Positions 31,574-40,858 of a DNA stretch of 64,000 nucleotides are shown piece by piece. Under the pieces are notes generated by a model. That model ran no database searches. It was not told the DNA's origin and was given only the letters and a program-made list of their open reading frames with translations. The translations under genes and the position numbers were made by a program. Location: contig JBJHCF010000023.1 of assembly GCA_050506795.1 (NCBI GenBank), forward strand, positions 17,898 to 81,897, given 5' to 3'. Each line of letters starts with the position of its first letter. Positions within the stretch are counted from its first letter, which is position 1. Source of the stretch: Opitutia bacterium (GTDB lineage Bacteria > Verrucomicrobiota > Verrucomicrobiia > Opitutales > T3Sed10-336).

Positions 31574-33850
31574 TTAGTCTGAATCTACTGTCTCCGAGCA
31601 TCCGGGAAAAGCGAAACGATGCACCTGTTTGCTCCGAGAAACCAACCATAGTTCAGAGCCGCCGCGCGTGGTGAAGGCCTCCCAGTTGCCGCTATTGAAT
31701 TCATCGCCCGGCAAGGGGAATTTCCGCACCATTCGCCCCTCCAGATCGAAGAGCCAGAGGTGGGACTCCGCTTGCGTGACGAAATTTCGACCATTGTACC
31801 AAAAGTTTGAATGGCTGTTCCCAATCGAAATCGTATTGGTGCGGACTGGATCCCCATTCGCCCGGTAAAGGTTGATCTGCCACTCCCCTGTATTCGTTCG
31901 GTCATCACGCGTCGCCAACACGAAGGATCCGTCCGGCGCCACCGCCCCGTTCCCCCACCCGATCAGCCAGTTCCCATCCGGGCGGCGTTCGATGATCCGT
32001 TTCACGGTCATTTCCGGGTCGCGCAAATGGGCACTCCTAAAGCCCACCTCAAGCAACCCTCCCGACGGTAAGGCAAACCGGCCGCTACCCCCCAGGTTTA
32101 CGGTGCCGTCCGGCATCGCTGCCAGGCTCAAAGACGTCGGGCTTTCCGGCAGGTCGGGGGAGTGGGTTTCGATCCAGTTTCCGTTGTCGTCATAAACCTG
32201 AACCAACCGGCTACGCGCCTCGAGCGCATACAGCCAGCCGTTATTGTCCACGTCGATCGCCTCCACGCGACCCATGCGAATCTCCCCCGGAACCGGACCC
32301 AAGACATGCTCCGGCACCCCGTCCGCCGAAAGGCGAATCAGCGCGTCCGCCTCGCCTGCCACGACAGTTCCGCTCGGTCCCACTTTGATCCCGGACCTTG
32401 GGTCAAAACTCCTCCCATCCGGGAATGCCGGAATAAACTCGCCCAGAACCTCCCCTTCCGCATTCATTCTGACCACGGGGGGGGTTCCGTTAAAATCATG
32501 GACGAAAATCTCCCCTGCGGGACCCACACTGATACCCACCGGGTAATTGGGTCGCCTTCCCCAGACCTCTTCAAGATCGATGGTTCGAAGATAGGTTCCT
32601 TCGGGGTCGAAGAACTTGACGTCGCGCCCGACGTTGCTCAAGAGAGCGACAGAGCCGTCGGCCGTTACCGCGATGTCGCTCGGCGAGAAAAGAGCGCCCG
32701 GATTACGACTATCGTTGTCGGTAATTCGCCACCGCGCGCGCCCGTCTCGATCGAAGCGGGCCAATTCGTTCGTGGAACTGTATTGCGCCTGCAATCTCGC
32801 CAGGACCAGAAAGCCGCCGTCGCGTGACCCGGCAATGCGCTCCATCGCGGGACTGTCGAACCCTTGGAGGGCGGTTATTCCTCCGTTGGCGACGTTCACC
32901 CGCCACGCGACCGCCCGCTCGCCCACTCCATAATTGGAATGGACGACGACCCAATCGTCACCGCTCAACCAGACCACCCGCGCTCGCCGCAGCCCGCCGG
33001 TTGACGGAAGATCGAGCGGAATCTCAGTAACCAACCGCCCATTCCCCTCGACAAGGACGAAAGTAGCGTCGCCACGCAAAAACCCGATTCGATCACGGTC
33101 GTCGAGGTCAAAATCAACCACGCCGAAAACCGGCGAGGGGTGCCCGACTTCATCAGCGAACGAGAATGTACCAAGGTGCTCCAGTTCGCCCTTCGGAACA
33201 TCCGACAATTCCGGCAATAGCGCCTCGGTGTCTTCGCCAATCGTATCGCGACGAAGGGAGACTTCGTGAACCGATTTCTCGCGAATTTCACCGGTGGATA
33301 ACGTGTAGTTCCACCACCATTCCCGCCTGTCACTTTCATCTGGATCAGCAACTCGCACCACCAGGCGTTCATTCGGGCCATCCACAATCAACCCCTTCCC
33401 CACCGGGCCCGGCAACGCATGCAGGTATCTGCTCGGTTCCCGTTTGATTATCTCGTGCAGAACGAGCGTTCCCGTTCGGTCGATGACCACCACCCGAAAA
33501 TCTCCCACCCCCGCCCGATAGCCTTCTCCCGACATGCCATAGAGGCCAAAGCTGTAGGCGTAGCCGGCCGCGAATCCGTCGTCCGTCACCGCCGCTTCAT
33601 ACAACGTGAATGGCAAGGTGGCGGTCCACAGAACTTCCCCCTCTTCAGTCAGTCTGTAGGATGCTTCGCCACGCCCGTACCGGTCAGACGGGTTTACGTC
33701 GATACGATAACGCCCATCTGGAGAATGATAGGTGGCGGGATTCAGAACCGGCTCGGAAGCCATACGCGCAAACGCGTTCCCGCCAGTCATTCCGCAAAAA
33801 CTGGTCAGAAACAGCCCCAGAGCCGCCACCGCAATCATCCTTGATTTCAT
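31574..33850 (-). CDS. Secreted NHL/beta-propeller repeat protein
   Basis: Signal peptide; LFSPSDIAVTADGSV, YPVGISVGPAGEIFV and VEAIDVDNNGWLYAL are NHL-like blades. Confidence 0.65.
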   Translation of the reverse strand: MKSRMIAVAALGLFLTSFCGMTGGNAFARMASEPVLNPATYHSPDGRYRIDVNPSDRYGRGEASYRLTEEGEVLWTATLPFTLYEAAVTDDGFAAGYAYSFGLYGMSGEGYRAGVGDFRVVVIDRTGTLVLHEIIKREPSRYLHALPGPVGKGLIVDGPNERLVVRVADPDESDRREWWWNYTLSTGEIREKSVHEVSLRRDTIGEDTEALLPELSDVPKGELEHLGTFSFADEVGHPSPVFGVVDFDLDDRDRIGFLRGDATFVLVEGNGRLVTEIPLDLPSTGGLRRARVVWLSGDDWVVVHSNYGVGERAVAWRVNVANGGITALQGFDSPAMERIAGSRDGGFLVLARLQAQYSSTNELARFDRDGRARWRITDNDSRNPGALFSPSDIAVTADGSVALLSNVGRDVKFFDPEGTYLRTIDLEEVWGRRPNYPVGISVGPAGEIFVHDFNGTPPVVRMNAEGEVLGEFIPAFPDGRSFDPRSGIKVGPSGTVVAGEADALIRLSADGVPEHVLGPVPGEIRMGRVEAIDVDNNGWLYALEARSRLVQVYDDNGNWIETHSPDLPESPTSLSLAAMPDGTVNLGGSGRFALPSGGLLEVGFRSAHLRDPEMTVKRIIERRPDGNWLIGWGNGAVAPDGSFVLATRDDRTNTGEWQINLYRANGDPVRTNTISIGNSHSNFWYNGRNFVTQAESHLWLFDLEGRMVRKFPLPGDEFNSGNWEAFTTRGGSELWLVSRSKQVHRFAFPGCSETVDSD

Positions 33851-34099
33851 CGTACCGTGATCTAAAAGTTTGTCCAAAACCAATAATTACATCAATCCCT
33901 TTTCATGGCCGAATCGAAATCCCCTCTGCCAAGAGCAAGACCTTACGTCACCCCGGTTGCGCGATGCCAGGGCACTTTTCGGGCCTTATCCGCGCAGTGC
34001 GCCGCCGACGGCGCTGGTGTTCCTATACCGAAAATGGTGTCGTCGATTTTCGAATTCGATTCGCGTTTATATCTCAGATAACCAGGAATACCGTTCACC

Positions 34100-34528
34100 A
34101 TGACCCTGAAAGGAAAATGTATCGCATTCTCATTGGCGTCGGCCGCGTTCGGCATCGGCGTTGTTGTTCTGTTTGCACCGATCTATACCGGGTTGGTCGA
34201 GACACTGATCACGTCGAGGGGAGCCATTCGCTTTGATTTCCTCGCGCTCCTCAATCTCCTCGCACTGCTTTCCCTGGCGCTTTTGCTGACGGCGCTGGCG
34301 TATTTCAACTCGGTGCCGGCCTCGATGTCCCGTTACTGTGCCGTTGCGTCGGCAGCCCTTTGGTTTATCGCGATTTCCGCGACCGTGGGAATCGGAACGA
34401 TCAGTTCGATTGAAAAGCTGGATCGCAGGCGGACAATACAACTCGTGGACGGCGCCAATTATTATCGAAAAAGGAAACGGCCTTCCTCCACAACGTCCTC
34501 GGCCTCCTCGTCGCGCGTCAGTTCGTAG
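34100..34528 (+). CDS. Small hypothetical membrane protein (possibly truncated)
   Basis: Three hydrophobic segments; the 3' end overlaps the convergent gene by 67 bp. Confidence 0.35.
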   Translation: MTLKGKCIAFSLASAAFGIGVVVLFAPIYTGLVETLITSRGAIRFDFLALLNLLALLSLALLLTALAYFNSVPASMSRYCAVASAALWFIAISATVGIGTISSIEKLDRRRTIQLVDGANYYRKRKRPSSTTSSASSSRVSS

Positions 34529-37500
34529 CTGCCTTCGTTTGCGGATTCGAAAGTGAGATGAATTTTTTCCATCCACGCCGCCCCGGAATCACCCTCAGTG
34601 AATAACACCAGATCCAGTATCGAATCTGTCGCATCAATGATCTCGTAGCGATAACTGCCTTCCTCCCCCAACTCGGCTATAGTCACCTCATTCTCTTCAC
34701 CAAAGGCCAGAATGTATTCAAACCCGTCCTCGGTTATTGTTAAAATCAATTCGACGCCCGGGGCAAGGTCACCCGCTTCCAGACGAAACGCCGTCACATC
34801 ATCCCTGGCGTGATGGAACCAGCGCACCCATCTGTCAGGGACCTGTTCTCCGTTCTCTTCCCGGTAGCTGCTGAACCATTGCCGGGCCGGAAAGGCCGGG
34901 GAATCCTCGTAAAAATAGAACCACCCGATCTCGTGCACGTAGGCAAAGGGGTGGATTGATTCGTTCATGTAGTGCCACTGCTGCTGACTGTGCCGCCAGA
35001 ACCAGCCGCCGCCCGACCAATAGAGCCACCCATGCTGGTTGTGGAACAGCCAACCTTGATTCTCTTCCATATCGAAACCGGAAGCGAAGGCGAACTCGCC
35101 AAACCACGGTGAAACAAGCCGATGCCCGCCAATCACAGTGCCCGCGGCTTCGAGGTCAAAAAATGAAGCGATTCTTTCCTCCGGGGATTCAGGTGGGACG
35201 ACCTCGTCACCGGAGGTTTGCCCAAGGACCGGGCGAAACCCGCGGTTGTTATTTCGGCTTCCCGGACCGATGCCGCCTCGCTGCGAAACCCGCGTGGCGA
35301 GGGTGCTGCTGTTCCAAGCGCCGCCCCGCTGCACCCGGTCGATGCCCGAAGAAGGACCATGCGGATCACCTTGGCCCGGCGGCACGGTGTAATAGGTGGA
35401 GCTGAACCAGTCGTTGCACCACTCCCAAACGTTTCCGGTCATGTCGTGCAAACCGTAGCCGTAGGCCGGGAAGGAGCCCACGGGCGAGGTGTACGGGAAC
35501 GTTCCATCGTTGTAAACGGGATGATAGGTTAAATCGGCGTAGGGACTCAGTTCGTAGGTGTAGGCACCTCCGGCCGCCCGATAGTTGGCATTGTTGTGCG
35601 ATATCGTGTCCCCCCACGGGAAACGCTGTCCACTCAGGCCACCCCGAGCCGCCTTTTCCCACTCCGCCTCCGTCGGCAACCGGTAACCGTTGGACGCGTA
35701 GTCAATCACGGGCGTAGTGTTACCCGTCTTCATCACCGCACCGTTCACCCGGTACACCGGTTCGAGCCCATCCATTTCGCTCCACGCATTCAGCCATTTC
35801 GCCGCGTCGAACCAGTCGACCGAGTGCACCGGATGGTCCGGACCCTTGCCGCCACCAACAGGAAGATCCGTATAGCCATGATTCGCCGCCCACGAGCGCA
35901 CCTCATCCCACTGGGCCTTCGTCACCTGAGTCCGGCCCATGTAGAATGCCGACACATTCACCGTATGCACCGGAAGCTCGCTACTCGAACCTTCCCCGAA
36001 ATGATCCCCCATCTCAAAAGTACCCGCCGGGATGAGGGCGAAACCTTCGAGGGCGGGGCCGCCGGAAACACCGGCGCCATTCGCCTCAATGGTGGCCTCA
36101 TCGCTTATGGCGTCAGATTCCACCGCGATCGTTCCACCATAAACCTGTTCCGCCGCCGGACTGAAGGTCACTGTCACCTCACGCCTCTCCCAGATCGCGA
36201 CTGTCCCTGCGGTCCAGTCCGCGCTGAAGCCATTTGGTAAATCGATGCCGGTCACCGTGAGAGGACCGTTGCCCGTGTTGGTGATCGTCAGGATCCGAGC
36301 GGAAATCTGGCCCACCGTGACGTCGCCAAAGGAGAGATCGCCGGAAAGCTCCAGAACCGGGGTGGGGGCTCGGTCCGCAGACGTGACCGGCCGAAATCCA
36401 GAGGCGTTGTTGCGATCGTTCGATTCGATGCTGAAGCGGCTCGAGACCCGCAGGAAAAGGGCACTGCTGGGCCAACTGCCGCCTCGCAGCACCCGGAGCG
36501 AGCCCGAAGAGGGTCCGCGAGGATCGACCTCCGGTGAAACGCTGTAGTAGGTGTCGCTATACCTGTCGTGGCACCACTCAAAAACGTTTCCAGCCATGTC
36601 GTACAACCCATAGCCGTTGACCACAAAGGAGCCCACCGGCGAGGTATACGGTAAACCTCCACCGACGTAGGACGGATGATAGGTTGCAGAGGTGTAGGGG
36701 CTCACATCGTAGGTGAAGGCACTTCCGTTCGCCCGATAGTTGGCATTATCGTGCGAAATCGTGTCGCCCCATGGAAAACGCCGTTCCTTCAGACCGCCCC
36801 GCGCCGCCTTTTCCCACTCCGCCTCCGTCGGCAAACGATAGCCGTTGGCCGAGAATTGAGCCGTGGGCACATAGTTTTCCGACCTCATCACCGCACCGTT
36901 CACTCGGTACACCGGTGCGAGCCCATCCTTCTCGCTCCAGGCATTGAGCCACTTCACAGCGTCGAGCCAGCTCACCCTTTGCACCGGATGATCCGGACCT
37001 ATCCCGCCACCACCTGGAATGCCGGTATAGCCGTTATCCACCGCCCACACGCGCACCGCGTCCCACTGGGCCTTCGTCACCGGAGTCCGGCCCATGTAGA
37101 ATGCCGACACATCCACCGTGTGCACGGGAAGCTCGTTACTCGAACCTTCCTCGAAATGATCCCCCATTTCAAAGCTTCCCGCTGGAATGAGCACGAAGCC
37201 CTCGAGGGCAGGGTCGCCGGCAACGCCCGCGCCGGTTGCCTCGATGGTGGCCTCGCCGCTGGTGGCGTCCGAGTCCACCGCGAACGTTCCGTCATAAACC
37301 TGTTCCGCCACCGGGCTGAAGGTCACCGTCACTTCCCGGCTCCCCCCGGACGCGATCGTCCCTCCGCTCCAGTCCCCGCTGAAGCCGTCCGGGTAGCCGA
37401 TTCCGGCAACCGTCAGTGGCTGGTTACCTGCATTGGCGAGCCTCAACAGCCGTGTTGTGCTATACCCGACCGTCACCTCGCCAAAGTCGAGATTGCCGGA

Positions 37501-38826
37501 AAGGACGATTTCTCGTGACGCGACCACTCCCGTCCCGCTGACCGGATGCGTGTTCGCCCCTTTCGTCGCGTCCGACTCAACCGTGATCGTTCCGCCATAA
37601 ACCTGTTCCGTCGCCGGGCTGAACGTCACCGTGACCTCCAGGGCGCTCTGGGCGTCGATCGTGCCGCCCGTCCAGTCGCTGTCGAAACCGTTCGGATAGT
37701 CGGTAGCGGTCACTGTCAGTGGCTCGTCACCTGCATTGGTGATCCTCAACAGCCGCGTTGTGCTCTGTCCAATCTCCACCATGCCAAAGTCGAGATTCCC
37801 GAAAAGGTCGAGGACGCGGGCGGGTGATGTGGAGTCGACTAAACCGCGGACCGGGCGAAACCCAGTGGTGTTGCCGCGGGAGTCAGGATGGTTGCCGGGG
37901 CGGCTCGACACCCGCGCGTAAATGGCTCCGTGGTTCCAATCGCCGCCCCGGATCACTCGGCCCGAGCCCGAAGAAGGGCCGCGCGGGTCGACACTCGGCG
38001 ACTCGCTGTAGTAAGTGGAGCTGGGCCAGTCGTTGCACCACTCAGAAACGTTACCGGCCATGTCGTACAATTCGAAACCGTTGGGCGCGAAGGAGCCGAC
38101 CGGTGAGGTGTACGGCGTCGTTCCGTCATTGTAGGACGGATGAAACATCAAAGTGGTGTTGGGGCTCACGTCGTAGCTGAAACCACTTCCGTGTGGCCGA
38201 TAGTTGGCATCATCTTGAGAGATCGTGTCCCCCCAAGGAAAACGCTGTCCGCTCAGGTCGCCCCGCGCCGCCTTTTCCCACTCCGCCTCCGTCGGCAAAC
38301 GATAACCGTTGGCCGAGTAGTCGATCACGGGCGTGGCGCTTCCCGTCCTCATCACTGTGCCGTTCACCCGGTACACCGGTTCGAGCCCGTCCTTCTCGCT
38401 CCACGCGTTTAGCCACTTCACCGCGTCGAACCAGTTCACCGAATGAACCGGATGATCCGGACCCTTGCCGCCACCGTCCGGGAGGTCGGTATAACCACTA
38501 TCCATCGCCCACGAACGCAACGCATCCCACTGGGCCTTCGTCACTTGAAACTGGCCCATGATAAAATCGGACACGTACACCGTATGCACCGGAAGCTCGC
38601 TACTCCATCCATCCTCGAAATGATCCCCCATCTCAAAGCTTCCCGCCGGAATGAGGACGAAGCCCTCGGGCGCGGGCGCCACCAACGTCGCCGTCACCTC
38701 CACCCGGGCCTGCGGATAGAGCTCGGCGGTGAGGGAGGCGCCCGATACGAACAGGACGAATCCCGCCATACAAACCGAAACGAACGCGAATGCTGATCGA
38801 AAGCGAAGGGAGAGGAGTTGAATCAT
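34462..38826 (-). CDS. Secreted protein with three FGE-sulfatase (SUMF1/CLec-fold) domains, three Ig-like (choice-of-anchor D/ASH-type) domains and a Trp-rich C-terminal domain
   Basis: LIPAGxFEMG, GYRLPTEAEWEKAARG, DMxGNVxEWC and RGGxW...GFRP each occur three times; LDFGxVxxG..RLLRITNAGxxPLTV repeats; no FGE catalytic Cys pair. Confidence 0.88.
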   Translation of the reverse strand: MIQLLSLRFRSAFAFVSVCMAGFVLFVSGASLTAELYPQARVEVTATLVAPAPEGFVLIPAGSFEMGDHFEDGWSSELPVHTVYVSDFIMGQFQVTKAQWDALRSWAMDSGYTDLPDGGGKGPDHPVHSVNWFDAVKWLNAWSEKDGLEPVYRVNGTVMRTGSATPVIDYSANGYRLPTEAEWEKAARGDLSGQRFPWGDTISQDDANYRPHGSGFSYDVSPNTTLMFHPSYNDGTTPYTSPVGSFAPNGFELYDMAGNVSEWCNDWPSSTYYSESPSVDPRGPSSGSGRVIRGGDWNHGAIYARVSSRPGNHPDSRGNTTGFRPVRGLVDSTSPARVLDLFGNLDFGMVEIGQSTTRLLRITNAGDEPLTVTATDYPNGFDSDWTGGTIDAQSALEVTVTFSPATEQVYGGTITVESDATKGANTHPVSGTGVVASREIVLSGNLDFGEVTVGYSTTRLLRLANAGNQPLTVAGIGYPDGFSGDWSGGTIASGGSREVTVTFSPVAEQVYDGTFAVDSDATSGEATIEATGAGVAGDPALEGFVLIPAGSFEMGDHFEEGSSNELPVHTVDVSAFYMGRTPVTKAQWDAVRVWAVDNGYTGIPGGGGIGPDHPVQRVSWLDAVKWLNAWSEKDGLAPVYRVNGAVMRSENYVPTAQFSANGYRLPTEAEWEKAARGGLKERRFPWGDTISHDNANYRANGSAFTYDVSPYTSATYHPSYVGGGLPYTSPVGSFVVNGYGLYDMAGNVFEWCHDRYSDTYYSVSPEVDPRGPSSGSLRVLRGGSWPSSALFLRVSSRFSIESNDRNNASGFRPVTSADRAPTPVLELSGDLSFGDVTVGQISARILTITNTGNGPLTVTGIDLPNGFSADWTAGTVAIWERREVTVTFSPAAEQVYGGTIAVESDAISDEATIEANGAGVSGGPALEGFALIPAGTFEMGDHFGEGSSSELPVHTVNVSAFYMGRTQVTKAQWDEVRSWAANHGYTDLPVGGGKGPDHPVHSVDWFDAAKWLNAWSEMDGLEPVYRVNGAVMKTGNTTPVIDYASNGYRLPTEAEWEKAARGGLSGQRFPWGDTISHNNANYRAAGGAYTYELSPYADLTYHPVYNDGTFPYTSPVGSFPAYGYGLHDMTGNVWEWCNDWFSSTYYTVPPGQGDPHGPSSGIDRVQRGGAWNSSTLATRVSQRGGIGPGSRNNNRGFRPVLGQTSGDEVVPPESPEERIASFFDLEAAGTVIGGHRLVSPWFGEFAFASGFDMEENQGWLFHNQHGWLYWSGGGWFWRHSQQQWHYMNESIHPFAYVHEIGWFYFYEDSPAFPARQWFSSYREENGEQVPDRWVRWFHHARDDVTAFRLEAGDLAPGVELILTITEDGFEYILAFGEENEVTIAELGEEGSYRYEIIDATDSILDLVLFTEGDSGAAWMEKIHLTFESANEGSYELTRDEEAEDVVEEGRFLFR

Positions 38827-39328
38827 GACTGGATTGGTTCGAGAAAGCACGACCTAAATGGCACGGAACGCACTCGGGGGAATCCGTTCCAGCAGGTATG
38901 ACGGAAGCAGCCGGCCCCCGCCGAAGGTGATTTCCTTGTAGGCGATTCTCTGATGTTGGACAAGGAAAAACGTTAAGGACATTTCACGGCGCGTTCCGCT
39001 CCCGTGACGGTAATATTCTCTTGCCGGTCGTCATCTTGGCCTTACGACCTGGTTGGACAAAATCAAACGAGTCGTTTACCCCGAAAACAATTCAAACCAG
39101 CAAGGATTCCCCGTTGAAGGAGGTGCTTACGCCTGACCCCTTTCGCTTTTCTTTGCAGCGGAACGATATCGAGAAAAAATTCGTCTTGAAGGTTCTTCAC
39201 CAAAACCTCACCGAATACATTTCTTAAGCCGGCCTACTATCCTGAGCCGTGACGGTGGGATCAGGGCTTTACCCTTGCCCGGCCCCGGGCCGGAAGGAAG
39301 ATCGAGTTGATCCAATCCAAACACTGTC

Positions 39329-40795
39329 ATGTCTGAACAATCATCGTCTCCCCGGGTTTCCTTTTATAAAGGCCGTGAAATTCCTCTCGAGCTGCACAAG
39401 GTGCGGATCGTTCAGAAACTCCATCTCCGCCCGGTGGAACGGCGTCTTGAGGCGATCGGCGAAGCGGGGTACAATACCTTTCTTCTCACCACCCGCGACA
39501 TTTTCCTCGATATGTTGACTGACAGCGGGACCAATGCGATGAGCGATCAACAGCTCGGGTCGATGATGGTGGCCGACGATGCCTATGCCGGCTCCGCCAG
39601 TTTCACGCGGATGCAGCAGGCGATCTCCGATGTCTTCGGCATGCGGCACGTCCTCCCGGTGCATCAGGGACGCGCTGCGGAGAACATTATTTCTCAAACT
39701 TTTGTGAAAGAGGGTGACGTGGTTCCGATGAACTACCACTTCACCACCACCAAGGCGCACATCGATGTGAACCGGGGCAAGATCCTCGAGATTTTCACCG
39801 ACGAGGCGCTGAAAATAAAGAGCGACTGTCCATTCAAGGGAAACCTCGACCTCGATAAACTGCGCGCCACCATTGCTGAGTACGGAGTCGACCGCATCTC
39901 CTATGTGCGAATGGAAGCCTCCACCAACCTTATCGGCGGCCAACCGTTCTCGATGGAGAACATGCGAGAGGTGCGCCGCATTACCGCCGAACACGATATT
40001 CTGCTGGTGCTCGATGTCAGCCTGGTCGGTGAAAATGCGTGGTTCATAAAACAACGTGAACCGGGTTTCGCCGATACGCCGATTCGGGAAATTCTCCGCG
40101 AGATGGCGAGCCTTTGCGACGTGATGTATTTCTCCAGCCGGAAGGTCAGTTCCACCCGGGGCGGCGCCATCGCCACCAACCGGATCGATCTGTTCAATAA
40201 AATGAAGGATCTGGTTCCCCTCTACGAGGGGTTCCTAACCTACGGAGGCATGTCGGTACGGGAAATCGAAGCGATGGCGGTCGGCCTTTACGAGACCACC
40301 GACGAAACCGTCATAGGCCAATCGCCGTCGTTTATTCGTCACCTCGTGGAAGAACTTGATGCCGCCGGAGTTCCAGTCATTACTCCTCCCGGCGGTCTCG
40401 GGTGTCACGTTGACGCCAAAGGGTTTCTGCCTCACGTGCCCCAGGCCGAATACCCGGCGGGAGCTTTGGCGGCCGCGTTTTTCATCGCTTCTGGCGTGCG
40501 CGGAATGGAGCGTGGCACGATTTCCAGTGTCCGTGACGAAAACGGAGAAGACATCCTCGCCGACATGGAACTTCTTCGGCTGGCCATGCCGCGACGGGTC
40601 TTCACGCTCTCTCAGATCAGCTATGTTTCCGACCGGCTTCAATGGCTCCACGACAACCGATCCCTCATTGGCGGTCTTCAGTTCGTGGACGAGCCGAAGG
40701 TTCTTCGCTTCTTTCTGGGACGCCTGGAACCGATCGGCGACTGGCCTGAACGCCTGGCGGAGAAATTCCGCTCCGATTTCGGAGAGAGCCTGTGA
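39329..40795 (+). CDS. tnaA: Tryptophanase / tyrosine phenol-lyase family PLP beta-eliminating lyase
   Basis: GYNTFLL..DMLTDSGT, HQGRAAE, NLIGGQPFSM, PLP lysine SSRK, YEGFLTYGGM, ELLRLAMPRRV, LRFF; substrate (Trp vs Tyr) not resolved. Confidence 0.8.
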   Translation: MSEQSSSPRVSFYKGREIPLELHKVRIVQKLHLRPVERRLEAIGEAGYNTFLLTTRDIFLDMLTDSGTNAMSDQQLGSMMVADDAYAGSASFTRMQQAISDVFGMRHVLPVHQGRAAENIISQTFVKEGDVVPMNYHFTTTKAHIDVNRGKILEIFTDEALKIKSDCPFKGNLDLDKLRATIAEYGVDRISYVRMEASTNLIGGQPFSMENMREVRRITAEHDILLVLDVSLVGENAWFIKQREPGFADTPIREILREMASLCDVMYFSSRKVSSTRGGAIATNRIDLFNKMKDLVPLYEGFLTYGGMSVREIEAMAVGLYETTDETVIGQSPSFIRHLVEELDAAGVPVITPPGGLGCHVDAKGFLPHVPQAEYPAGALAAAFFIASGVRGMERGTISSVRDENGEDILADMELLRLAMPRRVFTLSQISYVSDRLQWLHDNRSLIGGLQFVDEPKVLRFFLGRLEPIGDWPERLAEKFRSDFGESL

Positions 40796-40858
40796 TTCAG
40801 GTGTTGACCGGGTAGGAACCAAATCACGTCGAGGCACCTCCCTTTCGATGTTATTGCC

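Noticed and set aside
39021..39227. TnaC-like leader peptide upstream of tryptophanase
   Set aside because: 68-aa TTG-start ORF with one Trp but no W..D....P-stop arrangement.
34462..39328. Complete DGR locus
   Set aside because: No reverse transcriptase, Avd or AAC-rich template repeat found in the window; only target-like regions are reported.
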